In this document: in pieces, positions 60,185-64,000 of the stretch
Numbering within the stretch: position 1 is the stretch's first letter
Layout: each line of letters starts with the position of its first letter
Source: Gekko japonicus
Taxonomy: Eukaryota
Direction: 5' to 3'
DNA length: 64,000 nt
Assembly (NCBI RefSeq): GCF_001447785.1
Contig: NW_015177070.1
Location: 73,640-137,639, forward strand
Notes under the pieces: model-generated
Told to the model about the DNA's origin: nothing
Database searches by the model: none
The model's input: only the letters and a program-made list of their open reading frames with translations
Made by a program: the position numbers and the translations under genes

Positions 60185-60801
60185 CTCTGGAAAGGCAAGA
60201 CAGCCACACCTGTGCTATAGGTGCAAAGAGAAGGCCTCGGGCAGGCACCTGCCCCACACGGCCCTGCCGGCACCGCCTCTTCCAAGCCTTTCGGCTGGTG
60301 GGGGAGCCGCCCAAGGATTCCACGTCCCCCGTGTGCCGGGTTTTTTGTGCCCCCCACCCCCACCCCGGGCACGCTGGCTCGGTTCTGTTTGCAAGCACAG
60401 CCTGCGAGGAGAAGCCGCCTGGACCCTCCCTGCCCCCCTCAGTTTCCATGTCCTCAGACCACTCCACTGTGCCACTGCGGACTCCACTGTGAAAGGGAAG
60501 TTATGTGATTTTCATACTGAAGCCCACAGGGCAGGAGGGAGATTGCAGCAGTGAGGAAACTCGTCTTTTCTCAGCAACTCCATTTCTGCAGCCACAATGC
60601 GGCTGTGGTCAGATGAGGGCAGCACATAGGCCCTCCTAGGAGCACATTTGCAACCCAGGGTCCAGCCCCCAGGGGGGAAATCCCCGTGCTCCAGAGGGCC
60701 GCTGTGCTGGTCTGCAGGAGGGCGGATCGATTTGAGTCCAGGAGCCCCGGAGAGACCAGCCGGCATTTCATGGGGTCAGATTTCATACAATTCACTTGAT
60801 T

Positions 60802-61007
60802 CACATGAATGAAGCCCCCTTCTACGGAATCGGACCGTTGGTCTTGTCTACTCAGACTGGCAGCCGCTCTCCGGGGTCTCTCAGGGAGAGAAAGGTCTGT
60901 GATGTCACCTCCTGCCTGCTCCTTTTAACTGGAGATGCTGCAGGGGACTGAACCTGGGACCTTCTGCATGCCAAGCAGAGGCTCTGCCACTGAGTCGCAG
61001 CCCCTCC
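60802..61007 (-). mobile_element. tRNA-derived SINE (Squam2-like)
   Basis: Reverse complement GGGGCTGCGACTCAGTGGCAGAG..GCATGCAGAAGGTCCCAGGTTCAGTCCCC. Related degenerate copies lie near 13060-13275, 14970-15150, 45250-45430 and 62895-63095. Confidence 0.8.
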
Positions 61008-62489
61008 AAGAGTCAAGACTCCCTTGATCAGACAAGAGTAAGAAGTGAGATCTCGGAGTCTTTTTATCCCCGTCAAAAGGTGGGAGGGATGTTGTGAAGG
61101 AAGCACTGACATATCCTGCATGTTGTAATCAGCCTGAGGGCAAATGCCAAGCTCCCCACCCCACCCCCCACCCGCCCGCCAGAACATTAGCCTCTGCAGT
61201 GAGAACCCTGTGTCCCTATTCAGCCCTGATGGGGGTCCATTGTTCTGAATTTGTGAATGAACTCAGCTTCAGCAAGCTTGTGTGGCAATCTCCTCCTGAA
61301 GGGAGATTGCTAAACTTGAGTTCATTCATAAGTTCAGAACAATTGACACCCCCCCTCCCCGCCCAAGTGGAATAAGGACATCGGGTTCTTCTCTCACTAA
61401 TTCTCTTCCCCACCCCCCACCCCCAGCACAACATGCCTGGTACGGGTGCATCCTTCACAACACCCCTCCCTCCCGCCTTCTGGCTGGGAGAAGGAAACCT
61501 CCCCGGAGATGGATGCTCCCACTTGTCTCTGAGGAAGGGAGCTCTTGGCTGGCCCGTAGCTACCGTGGGGCCCACAGGGCCTGGCCCCCTCGTGTTTCTT
61601 CTGGGGCCCCTCCTTCCCTCCCGGGCTGACCCCAAAGTGCCCCAACTTGCTGCCTGCATTGAGCTTTGATTTAATTAGCTGGCTCCCCGCCCCCCGAGGC
61701 CCCCTTCCCAAAAGATTCCCTAGCTGTGGGGCTGGCCCTTGTGGACTCTCGAAATGCTGAAATGTTGGGCTCCAGAAAAAGAGCACTTAAAAGAGTTTGG
61801 AATAATCCTGGAAAGCAATTTCAGGTAGTTAACCTCTGAACATAGCAACATTAATTTGTTCAGAACAGTTCTGGACAGAAGAAAATAATAGGACGTGGTA
61901 ATAAATACTGTAAAAGAATCCCGTTAATATACCATGAAAGCGTGGAGGGGGGGGGAGTGTACGTGTGTGTCACTGAACCACGTCATGCCTGTTGCCCTTT
62001 GGAGGGTGGCTCGGGACAGAGACAATGGGCTTTAATGGGCCACCTCCATTTCTGGTACGCATGACAGGGAAACAGCACTGAACACAGACGCTAGACGGGA
62101 GCGGTTTGCCCAGCCTGCAAGCGCTTGGTCACCTCCCCACAGTGGGTGTTTCACCGTCTCTGGAGCCAGGGAGGGGGGGCCAGCCGCCCCCTGGGGAGCA
62201 GCCCGGACAGAGCCAGGAGGCCTGCAGGACGAGGGTCTGCCTGCAGCCGGCTGGGAGGAGCCCTTTTGCGGCCGGTGCCGACCCATCAGTGAGTCTCGAG
62301 GGTGACCCCGAGTCAGTGCTGGTCTCCAGCAGCAGAGCAAGATTTGAGTCCAGACGCACCCGAGAGACCCACAAGATCCCCTGGGTCCAGGGTTCCGAGG
62401 GACGACGCTCCTCCTCCTCCTCCTGTATCTCAAAAACTTACCCAAAGAATCTTCTTGCACTCTAAGGTGCTACTGGACCCAAATCTAGC

Positions 62490-62680
62490 TCTACGCATTT
62501 ATTAATTTCCTTCATTTCCCTCCAGTGAGGATCCCAGTAGCTTACATGGTTCTCCTGTCTTCCATTTTACCCACACAATAGCCCTGTGAGGTAGCTTAGG
62601 CTGAGATTATGTGGCTGGCTCAAGGTCACCCAGCGAGCTTCCACAGTAGAGCAGGGATTTGAACCTGGGTCTCTGAACAC
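62490..62680 (-). mobile_element. Older MIR/Ther1-like SINE
   Basis: ccattttacc..ccctgtgaggtag..caaggtcacccag..gggatttgaacctgggtct; a similar copy lies at about 17420-17640. Confidence 0.75.
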
Positions 62681-63417
62681 CTCCCTGTCCATCCACCAGA
62701 ACTTCAGCTCCATCCGGACTCCAAAACTGCCTCTGTCTGTGGGGCCAGCCCTGTCCTCAGCCACCTCCCCCCGTGGCTGCCTTGGAGCAGTGAGTGAGCT
62801 CCACGTGCCACTTCTCCGCTCTGCCGCAGCAGCCGGATACGTCGCAGCTCCTTGTCCTGGGAGCTCAGAGTGGCCGCAAACCCTAGTCCCGAGGAGGGGC
62901 CATGGCTCCGTGGCAGAACACCTGCTGGGTCAGTCCTGGGTCTCCCCTGAGAAATGGCATCTCAGGTCAAGCGGGGGCTGGGACAGACCTCGCCCTCCCC
63001 AGGACCCAGGAGAACTCCTGCCGCTCAGAAGAGACAAGACTGATCCTCTGCCTTGTGGGGGGGGGCAGCCCTCTGGCATAAGGCTCCCCCCACCTAGCAT
63101 TGCCCGGTCAGTGTTGCACACGGCTGGGATCCCCATGAAGAGTTGTGGCGTGCAAAGCATCCATGAACTGGCAGTGCCACCTGGAGCCCTGACAGGCCTG
63201 TGCATCGGTCACCTCCCGGGACTCCATCGCTGGCTCACCACACCAGGGACACTGTAGGAGTGGAGATGCACCTACGCGGTCTCTCTCTCTCCACCTGTCC
63301 CTCACACTGGCTATCCTTCCTGCCCTCCAAGGAGCTCAGAGCAAGAGACACACGGGGGGGGGCTCTCCCCCCCCCCCCTCTATCCACATTGACTTCCCAG
63401 CACACTGAGCGCCTTAC

Positions 63418-63684
63418 CTGACAGGTCCACCAAGCACTGGGGAAATGCCCTGGCACCCCTCCTGGCCTGCTTGCCTCTGCAGCTGCGGGTTCAGCGAGGA
63501 GAACGAGGAGGACGTAAGGAGGACGTATTCCACACCAGGCAAGGAGCAGCCAGCAGAGAGCCCAGAGGCTGCCTGGATGGAGAAGGAGCCTTTTATGCCC
63601 GACAGGCAGAGAGCAGCCGGCAGCGGCCCCCTGCCGGGTTCCAGCCAAGAACGGGGTGTCTGCCTGGAGGCCTTTCGCCATTGG
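63418..63684 (-). promoter_or_regulatory. TAT: Candidate TAT core promoter and non-coding exon 1
   Basis: On the minus strand: CCAAT (63680-63684), TATA-like CATAAAA (63591-63597), then a strong CAG|GTAAGG donor at 63418. The TAT ATG exon begins with an acceptor, so an upstream exon is required. Confidence 0.5.
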
Positions 63685-64000
63685 CTGGTGGGGAGGGCTG
63701 CCTCCAAACATCTGGGGCAAACCCCACCTCCACCCTCCACGTTAACTCCTTCGGAAAGGGGCTCTGCTCCACTCCTGGTGGGTTTCCTGGGAGACCCCCG
63801 GCCCAGCCCCGGAACCCTCCGAGGCCACAGTGGGGTGGGGATCTCCAGGGCTGGCCGGGCTTCTGCCAGCAGGATCCATGAAACCCGTGTGGGGCCACTC
63901 GCCAGAGAGGTGCACAAGACCCCCCCCCCTTCTCTGCAGGTTCCAGAGAGTGACAACGCTTAACCTCACAGGGCTGAGGACTCACTCGGCTGGGCCTGAC

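Noticed and set aside
61856-61876. Glucocorticoid response element
   Set aside because: Only half sites; the spacing does not fit AGAACAnnnTGTTCT.
63445-63963. 172-aa plus-strand ORF as a possible start of the next gene (e.g. MARVELD3)
   Set aside because: No recognisable motif; the region is better explained as the TAT promoter/exon 1 on the other strand.

Overview
Vertebrate genomic DNA from a squamate reptile, probably a gecko, judging by Sauria/Squam-type SINEs and CR1, L2, L1, Penelope and hAT repeats. It is GC-rich, has many G/C homopolymer runs and contains four N-gaps. There are four host genes. KARS1 (lysyl-tRNA synthetase, minus strand) shows 12 coding exons at 4434-15686; its 5' exons are lost in the 16013-16904 gap. 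TERF2IP/RAP1 (plus strand) lies head-to-head with KARS1 across a CpG island, with exons 2-3 visible. CHST4 (minus strand) has a single coding exon at 26249-27466. TAT (tyrosine aminotransferase, minus strand) has 11 coding exons at 54146-60184 and a candidate promoter and first exon near 63.4-63.7 kb. Most other ORF-track entries are spurious. The rest is a nested transposon landscape. The most interesting signals are: two non-autonomous Helitron-like elements sharing a 3' hairpin/CTTG end, one of which splits an L1 reading frame exactly; a CR1 fossil with strong AT-to-GC erosion next to CHST4; Penelope-derived minimal hammerhead-ribozyme remnants, one in a 156-bp palindrome; an unbroken LINE-ORF1-like frame with a perfect PIP box fused to an L1 fragment; and an apparent in-frame TAA in TERF2IP exon 2. 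I see no convincing wholly new gene system. All family assignments come from by-eye recognition, not database searches.
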